A DNA stretch of 64,000 bases from Mobula hypostoma. Taxonomy: Eukaryota. Under the pieces are notes generated by a model that did not search any database, had not been told where the DNA came from, and saw nothing but the letters and a program-made list of their open reading frames with translations. Position 1 is the stretch's first letter. Each line of letters starts with the position of its first letter. Position numbers and translations under genes: made by a program. Shown piece after piece: positions 11,959 through 24,799 of this stretch. The stretch spans positions 72,480,001 through 72,544,000 of the forward strand of contig NC_086108.1 of NCBI RefSeq assembly GCF_963921235.1, written 5' to 3'.

Positions 11959-12516
11959 GTTTTCACAACCCGTACGGCATGGCAGGAACACCATATACAG
12001 AGCACACTGGAAGTGAACCCCCCCCCCCAATTATCCTAATTAGTATCAATTGGCTTTTAATAATGCTTACATTACAACACCTGTGATTCAGAGTTCCTTA
12101 CCCTGATGCCTGTGGCACCTGATGCATTGAATGAATTCAAAGCTGAGCCAGGCAAAAATTTTGGATGAGAGGGGAATTTGAAGGGGATGGGGAATAGGCA
12201 TTAAAGTGAGCTTTAGTAAGATTGGATCCTGATCTTGCTGATCTGTAAAGCAGGTCCAATGGAATATATGGCCAATTCCTGCTCCGATTGCTTCATGTAT
12301 TGGAATATCTTCGGTGCAAATCTTGTTTCAGCTCTCAATTTTGCTGAAGGAGTAAGGGGTAACATCCAGGCTGCTCTGCTGAACAGCTATGGCAATGCCT
12401 TCCGTAGTGCAGTCAGGTTGTATGTCATTAGACAGTACAGTCTTCCTCACAGGACACCGCTCACATACGGCAGAATCCACACGGTATATGTAACTGTGGA
12501 GTCCCACACCACCCCC

Positions 12517-12855
12517 CAAATTCAAGTTCATTGTTGTCAATCAGCATAAATAGATAGGATATAAATGCCATTAAAATCACTGCTTGCAGCAGCAGCATAG
12601 TACGCTACAAGGCAAACAAATTTACATAAACTTAAATTTACACAATATACACAACTTGCGTGCAAAATAAACAACAAAATAGTCATAAAATCCAAGGTAA
12701 ATAAAAAGAAAAATCCGAAGTAGTGTTAAGAATCTTTGGTCAAGTCGAGAGCCAGCTGGCAGTAGGGAAAATTTATTGTTGAGCATTGAGGTGCAGGTCT
12801 TCAGGCTACTGTACCTCCTGCCTCAGGGCAACAATCAGGGAGAGGCACGGGCCAT
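12517..12855 (-). mobile_element. Old Rex1/Babar 3' fragment
   Basis: 'aattcaagttcattgttgtca' tail and 'gtcttcaggctactgtacctcctgcc' (reverse complement GRRYSSLKT). Confidence 0.6.
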
Positions 12856-14616
12856 GCATCATCTGCTAAATGCCTTTTAACCACTCCGTTTACCTGTTCA
12901 TTGCTTTCAATGTACTCCTGGGTTCCTCTGTTTCATCACACTCCTTTATACCCCATCATTCATAGTACAACTCCTATAGTAGTTTGAGTTTCCAAAATGC
13001 ATTGTCTCACACTTTTCGGTATTGAAAGCCATTTGCCACCCTTTGGACCACTTCCCTGACAAATCAAGGCATGCTGAATCTCGTTAAACTTCGAAGAAAG
13101 TAGATATGCTGGCGTGCAACCTTCATGGTTGCATCTAGAAGATGATTTGAAGCCGCTCACCCTGTCCACTGCAGGTCCTTCAATAAGGATAGATTGTACA
13201 CACTGCAGACACACCCTTCTGAAATCCCCAGCACGTGCTTACACATTGCTTTACTGTTCCCATGCACTGAAGCTAACTCTGTGTTCTCCTCACATTACAA
13301 GTGGCACACTCTGTAATTGCTTTGTAATTCCAGCTCTCTGCAGTCTACTCCCTTTGCAAGTCCAATGCCCTGATCTGCATCCATGTTGTAATTCAACACT
13401 CTAAATTCCACTCCCACAAGCACACGCTGCGGTGTTCACTGCCACCCCAACACGTTTTAGATTGAATGCTCCACAGTACATTCAACATACAAACATCGCT
13501 CTGCTCACACTGTAAAAACACCATGTTCAATCCCTTCACACTGCATCTACCACAATCTCCAGTCTCTATGTAGCAAATATAATACACTGCTTTCACCTCA
13601 TTTTGCAAATTCAATGGTCTATATTCCTTTTGTATGTAAGTGGAATGCTGTACCCTCGCATTGCAACTGCAATCCACTGCAATCTGCTCACATCAATGCA
13701 AGCGGCCCTCACAACGTAACAGGAACAGATCTGATCATGCATGGTGATGGAACACTGTTGAACTGAGCTGATAAATATCTGTTTTGTTAGCTGCACAGAA
13801 TGTGTTCTTCCTTCAGATTGAAGGTAATATTTCACTTTCGAAATCAGTGACAATTGTCAGCAATGACTGTAGAGTTAAAGGAACTGTGACCTTTGAACTG
13901 ATGTCAGTGTTGAAATTTGTGTTTTCTCATTGATTTTCTTTCTGTCACGTGATCGGCTGCTCGTATCAAGAGAAAAAGGCAAGCAAGTTCTCAGTTTCCT
14001 AAAAACGCTTCCAATGCATTGCACACCTTATCTGCACAGTCCATCATGTGACTGGTTGGTGCACAGAGTTCAATGTGAACCTGAGCCAAACTTAGCAATG
14101 CAACCATCCATTTTGACAGGTGAAGCTTCAAGTAAAGGAGACTTGCTCGCTATATTGTGTGCTCATAATCAGTGGGAAGCTGCTTAAATTAATTTTCGTT
14201 AAAGGAAAAATCTGAATAAGTGCAAGTTTTCACCTGATTCTCCCTTAACTGCATATTAGTTTCTTTGAGCTAGATATATTTCCTCCTCCATCACAAACGC
14301 AAACAATGAGATAATTCATGTAGGATGTATATTAACCTGGACAATGAAACAAAAGACCTTCAATGTATTGCGAAACAGTTGATACCAATAGGGATTTAGA
14401 GATCACTTCGTATTTGATCTTGTCAGAGGCAATTCAGCAGAATACACTTCAGCAGTTTTAATAACCTGCAAGCAAAACAATTTTGATTGCAAATATGAAA
14501 ATTATATTTCATAGACCATAGGGCAGTATGGAATAGGTGCAGTCTCCTCTGCCCACAGTGTTTACGTCAACCATGATGCCAGTTTAAACTATTCCCTTTG
14601 GCCTGTACATGCCAGC

Positions 14617-14812
14617 CAGAGGTGTGGTGCCATCTGCACTAGACCTTGAGGCACGCGGTCCCGGGTTCAAATCTGGCCGGCTCCTTGCATACTTCCAATC
14701 TTTGCTAGGTTGAGCGTTGAGCTAGCAACTTGGCCTCATAAAACAAAACAGGCTAATGCTAAGAAAACAGCAAAGGTTGCCACCCAGTGCACCACAAGGT
14801 GTGGAGAGGAGC
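14617..14812 (+). mobile_element. tRNA-derived SINE
   Basis: Pol III B box GGTTCAAATC near 14664 after a tRNA-like head; non-tRNA body follows. Confidence 0.6.
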
Positions 14813-16654
14813 ACATTTTTTGCTTGCACGTGGTCAATATCCCTGCCTGTTCATGTGGCTGCATTACAGCTTCTGAAATGTTTGTTGTTATCTGCTTCCA
14901 CCACCTTCTGTCATTTTGCATTTCATTTCAGGGGTATTTCAGACACCCACCATTCTTTGTGCAAAGCAAAGATTTTTTAAGCAAATCTCCTTGAAAATAT
15001 TTTCCCTCTCACCCTAAATTTATGCCCTCTGGTATTTGATATTTGATACAGGTAAAAGATCCTGAAAATTTACCATATGCTATTGGGTAAATTTATGTCG
15101 CAGATCAAGTAGCAATGATTTAGGAAGGTATGGTTTTAATAGCATGAGGAATGAAGGCCTGGGAGGATTTCAACACATTAATGTTTCAAATACTGCAGTG
15201 TACTTGCATTAAGGGAAAATGGCTTAGAGTGCCAACAGGCATAATGAGGTCTTTCAGGACTCTGACAGAGACTATAGGGATGATGGGTAAACAGCAAATG
15301 GTCCGCAAGTTTTGTTTTGTGCTATCTGCTCTAAGACTTTGAGAAATAATAGAACTATGAACAGGCTTTGCCCTTGTACTGAATTAAGAGTTGTTGAGGG
15401 TAAAATAATTTTTGAAGCAGGTATTGTATCTCAAGCAATATTTGTGGAAGTGGGTGATTCAGTTGGCAGTAAGTAGCAAAGATAAATTATGTTCCTGCAA
15501 TAACGTAAACTAGAAACAGTATTGTGAAGACAGTACTGTGGCAGATGTAATTATTGTTATCAGACAGTATATTACTATCCATCTTCTACCAGGAGGCATT
15601 TTATACAACACAAGCAAAAATGCTATTGGAATTGGAAGTCTAAACTTAAAATAAAGTGCTTGGAATCCTCAGCAGGTTAGGTTGCATCCCTGGCGAGGGA
15701 AACGCAGATACCAATTCAAGGGCCTTTTAATTTTTAATACCAGTATTATGATGAAAACAGTTGTGCTATTGAGCGTATCATTTTGTAAGGCTTTGAAATA
15801 AAATGGCAGAGCATTGTCATTACGGTAAACATCAAAACCTACTGCATTTCTGAAAGTAATTACTAGGTAGGGCAAGACACAAGACTCATTGAACGACGGA
15901 CGAAGCTGTCAATAAACACAAATACGAATGAGGACTTTTTAAAGCTTTTAAAAACGTAATGACAAAGGTCATGTTTCAAGTCACTAAACTCCTAAGTTTC
16001 TCTGTTAATTATTTATTTTGCATAAAGGTCACGTATATTAATCTCTCAACTTTAATGCATTTGGTGAGATTCATTTAGCTTCTCATCTACTGGTGGTTGG
16101 GTTAATGAGAACTATGCCATTTGCAATGTGTCAGGGGATTTGGGATTTGATTTTGTATTTGTTTCACTGTTTATGGGTTTATTAGAATATAGAAAAAATA
16201 GTACAAGTTCCAGAAGTCTGGCATAAACAGAAAATGCTGGAAGCAATCAGCAGATCAGGCAGCATCTGGAAACATTCTGCCTACAGAGTGTGCTGTAGCT
16301 AGTTAGCCATTCTATCTATTTCTAAACATTTGCAATTTTAACCAAAGTTTCCTGCTCCTTCTGAGAACCTGTACAGGTGTGTTTGTGTTTAATCATTGTA
16401 CACTCTTCACTGAGAGTGAAACTTTATGTAAAGCTAACTGAAGTCTGGAACTGAAATAGAGGCTATCATATTGCAGCAAATTCAGCCAATAGCGTGGTAC
16501 TCTGAAATGTACTTCCTCATTAATTATAATTGTCTGTAGCCTTAAAGTATAGCATGCATAACATTGGTGGTGAACAATAGTCATTGCTCTATGGATGTCT
16601 CCCCTTTCTGGAGCATGACATGTAACTAACTGGGCTGCAACAGTGTGTACAGAG

Positions 16655-18772
16655 CAGTGGTTCTGAAACTTAATTGGGTTACTGCCCCCTTGGCTCCCAG
16701 TTCACATCCCCAGCAACCCCCTCTCCCTTTTCAGCCATTATATTAAAAACTACAAATAATCTTGATTTATGATACACAGAGGAAGGACCTGGAACCCGCA
16801 CATTCGATACCCTGACAAATAATTGCAAAAATATTTAAATCTATTTAAAGCTACAAATAAAATTATTCTTAATTACAGTAAAAACAATTTTCATGAACAA
16901 TTTTAGAGTGTTCATTTTTTTTCAGCTTTCAGTGAGATGGATGGCTGGGTGCAGTGATATCAGCTTCTCAACATCAGGCTGAAAGTCACCCAGAAGGGGT
17001 CTCAAATCCTCATGTTCAGTAATATACAGTTTGTTTTGTTGCTTTGAAGGAAGGTTGGCGACTGTACTGAAACCATGCACCCCTAAGTATGATGTTGGAA
17101 AGGCAAAAAAAAACATATTGATCTTTTTCCACAATTCAGTAGAGCATTCAGAGATTCTTTCTGCAACCATAAGTCTTAATGATTTTTCTGAACTTCGGTG
17201 TCAGCTCAAAGTTGTTTTGTATTGAGATCAGTTCTTCCTCCATCATTCCTGTTAATTCCTCATTACAAGTGTTCAGGAATGGATTTATTACCAATTTGGA
17301 GTTTGGATCGAGTGAAGATCCTGAAATCTCTCTGACATGTATACAGTTCACCCACGTGGGCACAGTATACTTGAAGATCATCATCTGGTATTTTTTCCTC
17401 TCTCTTCCAACTCGGGTTCAGAAATTGGAAAAGGTTGTGACAGCAAGTGTTCAAACTGTTCATCATTCTTAGTACAAAGCTCTCGAAATAGTTAAGAATT
17501 GAGAGCATGAGCTTTGATTCTATTTACTGCTGTGATAACAGTATTTAATGATTTTTGCAGCTGATCATTTAGGTTCTTTGTGACAAGGGTAAATTCTGTT
17601 GGCCTTAAGTATGTTGCACAATGTGTCTTCCTGATTCTCAGACATTTCATCTATTCGTCTTTGAGCGGAGTTGTCGCTGAGCACAATTACTTTAATTATT
17701 TGGTCTGACCACTCTCAGAATCTCCCTTACTGCTGGCAGAATCAGTTCCTCCCCAACTGTATGGGGCTTTCTAGATTTAGCAAAGAGCAGTAGAATGTTG
17801 TATGAAGCACGCAAAGCACCACTGTTTATTTTTGTGAAGTGCTGGCAAACATGTTTTGAAGTGTTTTCCGTTTCTGAAAATTTTCACGAAGTAACTGAAA
17901 ATAAACTAGTTTCTTGGCTCGTTCTATGAGAGTGTATTCTCTTCAAATGTTCAAGGAGCCTGGATGGTTTCATTGCCTCATTTTGGGGGGAAAAAGATTC
18001 TTCACACAGCAGACATTTTGGCTGCTGTTGGTTGCTTGGTGCTGGTATAAACCCATATTTCAGATACCTCACGTGATGCTGTCAGTACTTGTTCATTTGG
18101 GCTGCTTCTGCCATTTTTTGTTAAGGATTAATAGCCACGGTCAATTGCCTATTGTTTAAGTCCAACCATAAGCACTGTGATCAATAAAGGCGAAAGCTGT
18201 GGTGTCCTCATACCTCAGGCAAAACCTGATTCTCTGTCTAAAGGCACAATAAGTGGGGAAGCGAAATCTTGGTTGGGCCATGGGCTGGAGAAATGTGGTC
18301 AAGACCATTCGAAAGGGCAAATTCTGACCTTTACCCCATTGAACACCACAATCTAATTCATAGTAATTGCATCACTGTGTGATTAGATTATGGGAACTGT
18401 ATAGCTAACACTGTACTGCAGTAGAGAGCGGCAATAATGTCTGGGCCAGGTCTGGAAATGACACGATTTCTTTAGTCCAGATTTCTCATGATATGCCAAA
18501 TATAGAGGCGTCACATTGCTTTTCAACAACTATACATGCTTTAGGCAAAGTCTAAGAGAATAGTGGGTTAGCAGGAGATGGTGATTACATGTTCATTGTA
18601 ATCAATTATGATGCACTGAAAATGTAATTAATTTCTTAAATTAAGTCTCTGATCCTTCAGCTACCCTCCTTGCTACTGAGCACCGCTCAAAGCCCCCTTT
18701 ATCTTACCACTCGCTTAGAAGTCCCCACTGCCCCTGGGGAGGAGGTGATATCACCCACTTTAGGAACCATTG
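16655..18772 (-). mobile_element. hAT (Charlie/Buster-type) DNA transposon, internally deleted and decayed
   Basis: TIRs cagtggttct / aggaaccattg; 8-bp flanks gtacagag / gtggagag; BED-finger ORF YLKYGFIP...PKCLLC...EAMKPSRLLEHLKRIH; C-terminal DLRPLLGDFQPDVEKLISLH. Confidence 0.9.
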
Positions 18773-18950
18773 GTGGAGAGAGTTTCAAAAGCAGTCTGTG
18801 AAGAATCCTTGACAGATTATTCTGCACCTTGTTTCGAAATCCTTGCATTTCACACACACCAGTCTGTAGTCTGAACTTTATAGGAGGCTAAGATCTCAGT
18901 GAGCACACATACTGCATATGAATGACAATGTGCTCCCCAAGGAGGAGTTA

Positions 18951-19720
18951 GATCATAAGACATAGGAGCAGAATTAGGCCATTCATCCCTTGGAGCCTGC
19001 TCTGCTATTCCATCAGGGTTGATCCTGGATCCCACCTTCTCACCATAACCTTTGATGCCCTGACCAATCTGGAAACTATCATTTTATGCTTTAAATATAC
19101 CCACGGACTCGGCCTCCACACCTGTCAGTGGCAGAGCATTCCACAGATTTACTATTTTCCGGCAAAAAAAAATTCCTCTTTACCTCTGTTCTAAAGGGTC
19201 GCCCCTCAAATTTGAGGCTGTGCCCTCTAGTTCTGGACATCCCCAACATAGGAAATATCCTCTCCACATCCACCTTATCTAGTCCATTCAACATTCAGTA
19301 GGTTTCAATGAGATTCCCCCCCACCCCACCGTATCCTTCTAAATTTCAGTGAGTACAGGACTCTGCCTAACACTCCTCATATGTTAACCCTTTCATTCCT
19401 GGAATCATCCTCATGAACCTCCTCTGGACTCTTTTCAATAACAACACACCCTTTCTGAGATATGGGGCCCAAAATTGTTGACAATACTCCTAGTGCAGTC
19501 TGGCTAGTGTTTTATAAAGGCTCAGCATTATCTCTTTGCTTTTTTTGTATTCTATTCCCCTTGAATTAAATGTAAACATTGCATTTGCCTTCTTTACGAC
19601 AGACTCAACCTGTAAATTAACTTTTTCCTTTGTAGTAGCAATGGCACTCATTCCTGCTCCCTGACACTCATGGACCTCTTGCACACTGCTAGTGTTTTCC
19701 ACAGTGAAGACTGGTGTTAA
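18951..19720 (-). mobile_element. CR1 3' fragment
   Basis: Tail 'gatcataagacataggagcagaattaggcc'; ORFs MLNGLDKVDVERIFP and VVKKANAMFTFNSRGIEYK; internal deletion near 19625. Confidence 0.9.
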
Positions 19721-19822
19721 GTTCTGCTTCCATTACTGGAGGTTGCATTAATTGAATAGGGAATTTGTTTAATCAGTTTAATAATTTAAGGGGCTCTGCA
19801 ACAACCTATTGACATAAAATCT

Positions 19823-20095
19823 AGGGTGGCATGATTGGGCAATGGGAAGAGCTTTTGCTTCATTGACCTCATTCATCCCTGACCTGTGTTCCTGTGGAGC
19901 TTGCACGTTCTCCCTGTGACTGTATGGGTTAATCAAAGTACCCAGGTTTCCTCCTACGTCCTGAAGAAGTGCAGGTTGCTGGGTTAATTATCCAGCCGCG
20001 GGTGAGTGGTAGAATTGGGGTGGAATTTTTGGGAATGTGGGTGACTAAAATGACACAGTGATGTTGGTCATGGAGGTTCACTTGGCCAAAGATTA
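19823..20095 (+). mobile_element. V-SINE (HE1-like)
   Basis: V-domain 'tgtggagcttgcacgttctccctgtgactgtatgggt...ggtttcctcctacgtcc'. Confidence 0.7.
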
Positions 20096-20103
20096 AAGAG
20101 AGA

Positions 20104-20378
20104 TCAGCTTTTTTTCTCCTGTGCGTTGAAACGTGCAGTGAAATTCATTGTTTGCATCAGGGAGGATTGTGTTGGAAGTGTTGCCACACTTCTGATTCCA
20201 GCATAGCATCCCCACAACCTGCTAACCCTAACCATTAATATTTGGAATATGGGAGGAAACCAGAGCACCCAGAGGAAACCTGTGCAGTAATGGGGAGAAC
20301 GTATAAGCAGGCAGTGGTGGGTATTAAACCCTGATTTTATAATTGGTGCTGTGAAGAGTTGTGCTGACTGTGCTGCCC
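20104..20378 (-). mobile_element. V-SINE-type element, tail-to-tail with the previous copy
   Basis: Reverse-complement V-domain 'gggaggaaaccagagcacccagaggaaacc...ggggagaacgt'. Confidence 0.7.
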
Positions 20379-21575
20379 AGTTGGGGAGCCTATGGCCAAT
20401 CAATATCAGTCCTTGACTCTGAAGTTAAGTTCACAGAACATAGTGCAAACTAATATGTGGAAAATGCCAACCAACATATTATTACTGTGAAGCTTATGAG
20501 GCACAGTTCAGTGTTGAAGGATTTACAGTTTGTTCCAGAAGGTACAGAAGGATTTCTTTAAAATCCCCTGAAGGTCTCACAGGATAGAGTGGAATATATC
20601 CATAATTTCCTGGAATGTCAGTTGTAAAGCAATTACATAATCTCTACTTTGATCTAATGCACTTAGCTAGGCTGTAACAAATAAATTACTCATTTGCTAG
20701 AACTCAGCTAAATGGTGTAAACAGTCATATTCACATCGAGTAAGTGGTGTGCATATACTGGTTACGATTATAAGCTAAAATAACTCTTAAGGTATTAACT
20801 CATAGGCCGGTATTTTTATGGAAGTATTTTGTTATAGCTTAATTTATTATTCATGTGATTTTGGTACTTCAGCAGGCTAGCGCTATTCAAAGCTGAAGAC
20901 TGAATTCTCTGCCTCATTCACAGGATTTTGTAGTTCTGCATAAAATACTTGGGAGTAATTTCCTTCAGGGAAATTGTTTTTTTCCCCTCTCAATGTTTGC
21001 CTCTGCATTGCAAATGATTCTTCTATTCAGGCACACTGTTGTAAATAAGCTTCAGTCAAACAATCAGCTGCTTTATTGTTAAGATCATGGCAGCCTGGAG
21101 AATTGATGGTGTGCTCTGTTTATCTCCACACTGCCCAATTAAAAATGAAATTTTCCCAGGAAGAAATATAAAAACATTTCTGGGTCACTTCGTGTCACTA
21201 TAAAAAACTAAATCGGGCACTTTGTGGAGTAGTTACGAGACATGCATCGAAGGATGCCATTCAGTATTTGGAACGCTGCTGGGGAAATCGGCCCACGTTG
21301 TCATGGGAGCAACCATCATTGGACATTCCCAGGACTACTGTCCTCAGTTATTGTCAGACTGGCAACCTACTGAGATGAATCCCATATTTGTTTCTATCCT
21401 TTGGGTCTGTGCATCCCAGCCCAGTTCTCCCAGGAAGTCCAACCCTCAGAACTCAGAAACTGTGTCCAATATCTCTAGTTTCAATACCACTCTTCACTAG
21501 CTCCTATCCCAGTCCTGGTATTCTGAATGCTAATTTCGCCTGCCCCTTGATCATTGACCCTCTCTTCTCTTTGGA

Positions 21576-21785
21576 CATAGAACATGGAAAACAGTCTAGG
21601 CCCTTTGTTGGCACAGAATGTTTGCCAACCTTTTAACTTGGTCAATCTCACCCTTCCCTACTACATAGCCCTCCCATTTTTCATCTGGCTATCGAAAACT
21701 TTCCTGAACGCCCCTACTGTATCTGCCTCTATCACTACCCCTGGCAGGGCATTCCACGCACTCAGCACTCTCTGCGTAAAGAACT
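21576..21785 (-). mobile_element. CR1 3' fragment
   Basis: 'catagaacat' tail; 'gcagggcattccacgcactcagcactctctgcgtaaa'. Confidence 0.7.
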
Positions 21786-22024
21786 TGCGCAGTTCTTGTC
21801 AATCCAATCTGTGCTTCAATTACTCATCAAGCTACCTTAACCTCACCACTTTGGTGATATCCCCACTGTACAGTCCCAATCTCAACCTTGATTCTCTAAT
21901 TACCAATTATGCCTTCTGGGTGCATGCACTCTACCCCAGCTTGCCTCTTAAGTAGTTGGCAACCTCCAACTCTGCCTCTGTTCCCAACACCGTCAGGCTA
22001 AATAGGGTTGTAATGTAATAGAGT

Positions 22025-22378
22025 AATAGAAAACAGAAATGCACCCTTCTGTCCAACTGGCCCTGCTGACCAAGATTCCCATTTGGCCCATTCCCGTCTA
22101 AAACTGGGGTTCCCAACCTGAGGTCTGTGGACCCCTCGATGAATGGTAGGAGTCCATGGTATTAAAAAGGTTGGGAACCCCTGCTGTAAAACTTCCCAAG
22201 TGGTGTTTGAAATATGTTACTGTACTTGCCTCAGCCACTTTCTCTTGCAGTCCATTCCATTTAGTGACCACCCTCTGGGTGAAAAATTTGCCCTCTAGTC
22301 CCTATTAAAGCTCCTTTCACATTAATCCTACTCCTAATGGTTCTTGATTCCCCAATCCTAGGAAAAAATCTGTTCACT
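22025..22378 (-). mobile_element. CR1 3' fragment carrying a hAT MITE
   Basis: Reverse-complement CR1 3'UTR phrases 'aaacagaaatgcacccttc' and 'accaccctctgggtgaaaaa'. Confidence 0.6.
22104..22183. mobile_element. 80-bp hAT-type MITE
   Basis: TIR ctggggttcccaacct ... aggttgggaacccctg; flanks gtctaaaa / ctgtaaaa; second copy near 38615. Confidence 0.8.
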
Positions 22379-24043
22379 TTAGATTATTTAAGCTCTGGAT
22401 CTGTCTCATCATCCCCATCCCCTCTCCCCCACAATATTTAGCCAGGACATTCTGGATTTAAAAAGTAAAGGGGCCTGTGTATTTTGACTCATTACCATTT
22501 TTCAAATTGTATTCAAAACCAACAGCACATAAAATAAATCTATTAAAACAAATTAAAGAAAGTCTCCTAAAATAAACTCGGTGAAAGAGACGGAGGGATG
22601 CTCCCAGAAATTTTCTGTGCAACGTGTGTGAGTTTATCTTACTACTGAGGCTAGATCAGAAGTCAAAGTGCAAAATAATGAATTGGAATGTCCTTGCTTT
22701 AAGAAAGCATTTCTGAGATGTATTGTTATTTTTGGAAAAACAGCAGCAGCAGCAACAGCAATCCCATTCTTACCCCTGGGCAATGGGGCAGCATTGTTGA
22801 CGATGCCACTCACATGGAGCTAAACGGTGCGAGCATCACAACAAACAGAAGTGTAATATGGGCAGAGGTAGAGGTGACAGCACTGGTCTTCGGAGGGAGG
22901 GCTGCCCTGGATATCCTCAGATGACCCTGACTCTCTGTCAGTCACACCATCAAGATATAAATCAGCACTTCATGCATGGCTTAATTTACACTGACTGCCA
23001 GCAATGGAGCTGTTTATAGAAGAAAACACATCACTGTCAATGAACTTTAAGACATGAAAATAATATTCTGAGGGGACATTTTAAATCATGGCAGTTTCAT
23101 TTCTTTAACTGCATGCCAATATTCCTGTACTAAATTCCACATCGTTGATCCATTTTCTGCCGAAGTAAATAATAACCACTTTGCTTATTGTTGGCACCAT
23201 TACCTGCACAAAATACGGCAGGCAATTAACGTCTGCGTTGGGGTGAATCATGTCAGCAAATGCTCGGGCCAATTTCCTGATAGGAGGGACCACACTGTGA
23301 AATTTCTGCAAACCCTGCAAAATGTGCTCAAAGTCACATGTCTTCCCTGATTTGCTCACTCAGAACAGCCACAGATTGATTTTCTCTAATCCAGTTTATA
23401 GGCTGTTTACTTCCTGGGCGGACAACATTATTCAGCTTCAAACTGAGTATGACCACAGGTACAGGTTCATGGAGAACGGATGAAATCACTAACAGTAGCT
23501 AGAAATGATACAATAACAGGATTCCAAGCAAGACCAGAGCAGTCTTGCAACGTAGCTCTCTGCCGAATGCTCTTCATTGTGGCTTACTCTATAATTAAAA
23601 ATTCAATTTAAACCAGCCTGAATCAAAGGCTGATTTTATGATACTGTTCACAAGATGAATGGGTCTCAATGCAACCTGGTTGTCTCAGGTTTGTACTTTA
23701 TCCTTGTCTGTGATACCTTTACAACACAAAGATCCTGGACAAGAAGTTGTTCATCATTTGGAATAGTGTGTTAAGGCTGAAAATCAACAAACATTTTTTC
23801 CCAAATGTTTTCCTCTCCAAACTCGTGGAAAGTCAGAGAATAAGGGTAACACACAATAGTAATAATAATAGAATTGCATATTAAATTTATATTTTGCACA
23901 GTGATAAATGCTCATTTTAATGACTTTTGCTTGATGTAATTTACACAATAACAATAGGTTCCTGGGAGGTCACTTAATGTCGGCAAATAATAGATACAAT
24001 GGTGTATCTTTAATATGATCTTTTATTTTGGCTGTTCCAATTG

Positions 24044-24492
24044 TATTCAGTGGCCACTTTCCTAGGTACAAGAGGTACCTATTAAAGTGGCCACTGAGTG
24101 TATTTCTGTATGTTCGTGGTCTTCAGTTGTGGCAGCCCATCCATTTCAAGGTTCGAAGTGCTCTGTGTTCAGAGATGCTCTTCTGCACACCAGAAGATGT
24201 GTAGTTATTTGAGTTATTGTCACCTTCCTGTTAGCTTGAACCATTCTGGCCATTCTTCTCTCTCTTCTCTCATTAACAAGGCATTTTCACCCGCAGAACT
24301 GGGTGTTTTTTTTTTGTTTTTCACATCGTTGTCTGTAAACTCTAGAGACCACTGACCATGACAATCCCAGAGGATCAGCATTTTCGGAGATGCTGAAATC
24401 ACCCTTTCTGGCACCCAACAACCATTCCACAGTCAAAATCATGGAGATAACATTTCTTCCCCTGTATATTGCTTGATCTGAACAAAAACTGG
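24044..24492 (-). mobile_element. Tc1 non-autonomous derivative with double-TIR hairpin
   Basis: Hairpin tcagtggccacttt...aaagtggccactgag (24047-24098); minus-strand GARKGDFSISENADPLGLSWSVVSRVYRQ transposase HTH relic. Confidence 0.85.
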
Positions 24493-24799
24493 ACCTATAT
24501 GAGATCAAATCAGAGTTTAAGTGCTTAAAACTTTTGATCTTGGTAGACAGCATTGAAATATTTAAGAGTAACTTGGTCTTGAAAAACAGTTACCACAAAG
24601 CAAGTGGACATCTGGCCTGAGAGGAGTACTTCAGTGACAGTGGAAAATATAGAGAAAAGGCTCATGGGAATATTAACCCTGGCATTGACCAGTCTGCCTT
24701 TTATTGGGATTTGGGTCTTTTATAAAGCTCTGACGGTAAAGTCTCAGATCTGAAATATTAACTCAGTATCTCTTTCCACAGAAACTGCAGAGCTCTTTT

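Larger units (their letters stand above)
11179..12079 (-). mobile_element. Short solo LTR (~240 bp net), interrupted by a Penelope-like insertion
   Basis: Inverted termini TGTTGT...ACAACA; on the minus strand a TATA/(TA)n run precedes a GATAAA poly(A)-like signal; splits the old CR1; no clean TSD seen. Confidence 0.6.
10711..12295 (+). mobile_element. Old CR1 3' fragment, interrupted by a PLE relic (~10925-11045), a solo LTR and a young PLE
   Basis: Degenerate CR1 3' ORF2 and UTR phrases ('aaggttcattgag', 'gaggatgtttccc', 'gaggagaatt') continuing after 12080 ('gaattcaaagctgag...aattcctgctcc'). Confidence 0.55.

Noticed and set aside
13817..13823. 7-nt micro-exon (ttcag|ATTGAAG|gtaata)
   Set aside because: Not frame-preserving, and no host gene is evident; plausible by chance
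17884..18072. Domesticated ZBED5/SCAND3-like gene
   Set aside because: Short broken ORF inside a TIR-bounded hAT relic
22741..22761. Polyglutamine-coding CAG/CAA run
   Set aside because: Only seven triplets, with no supporting exon context
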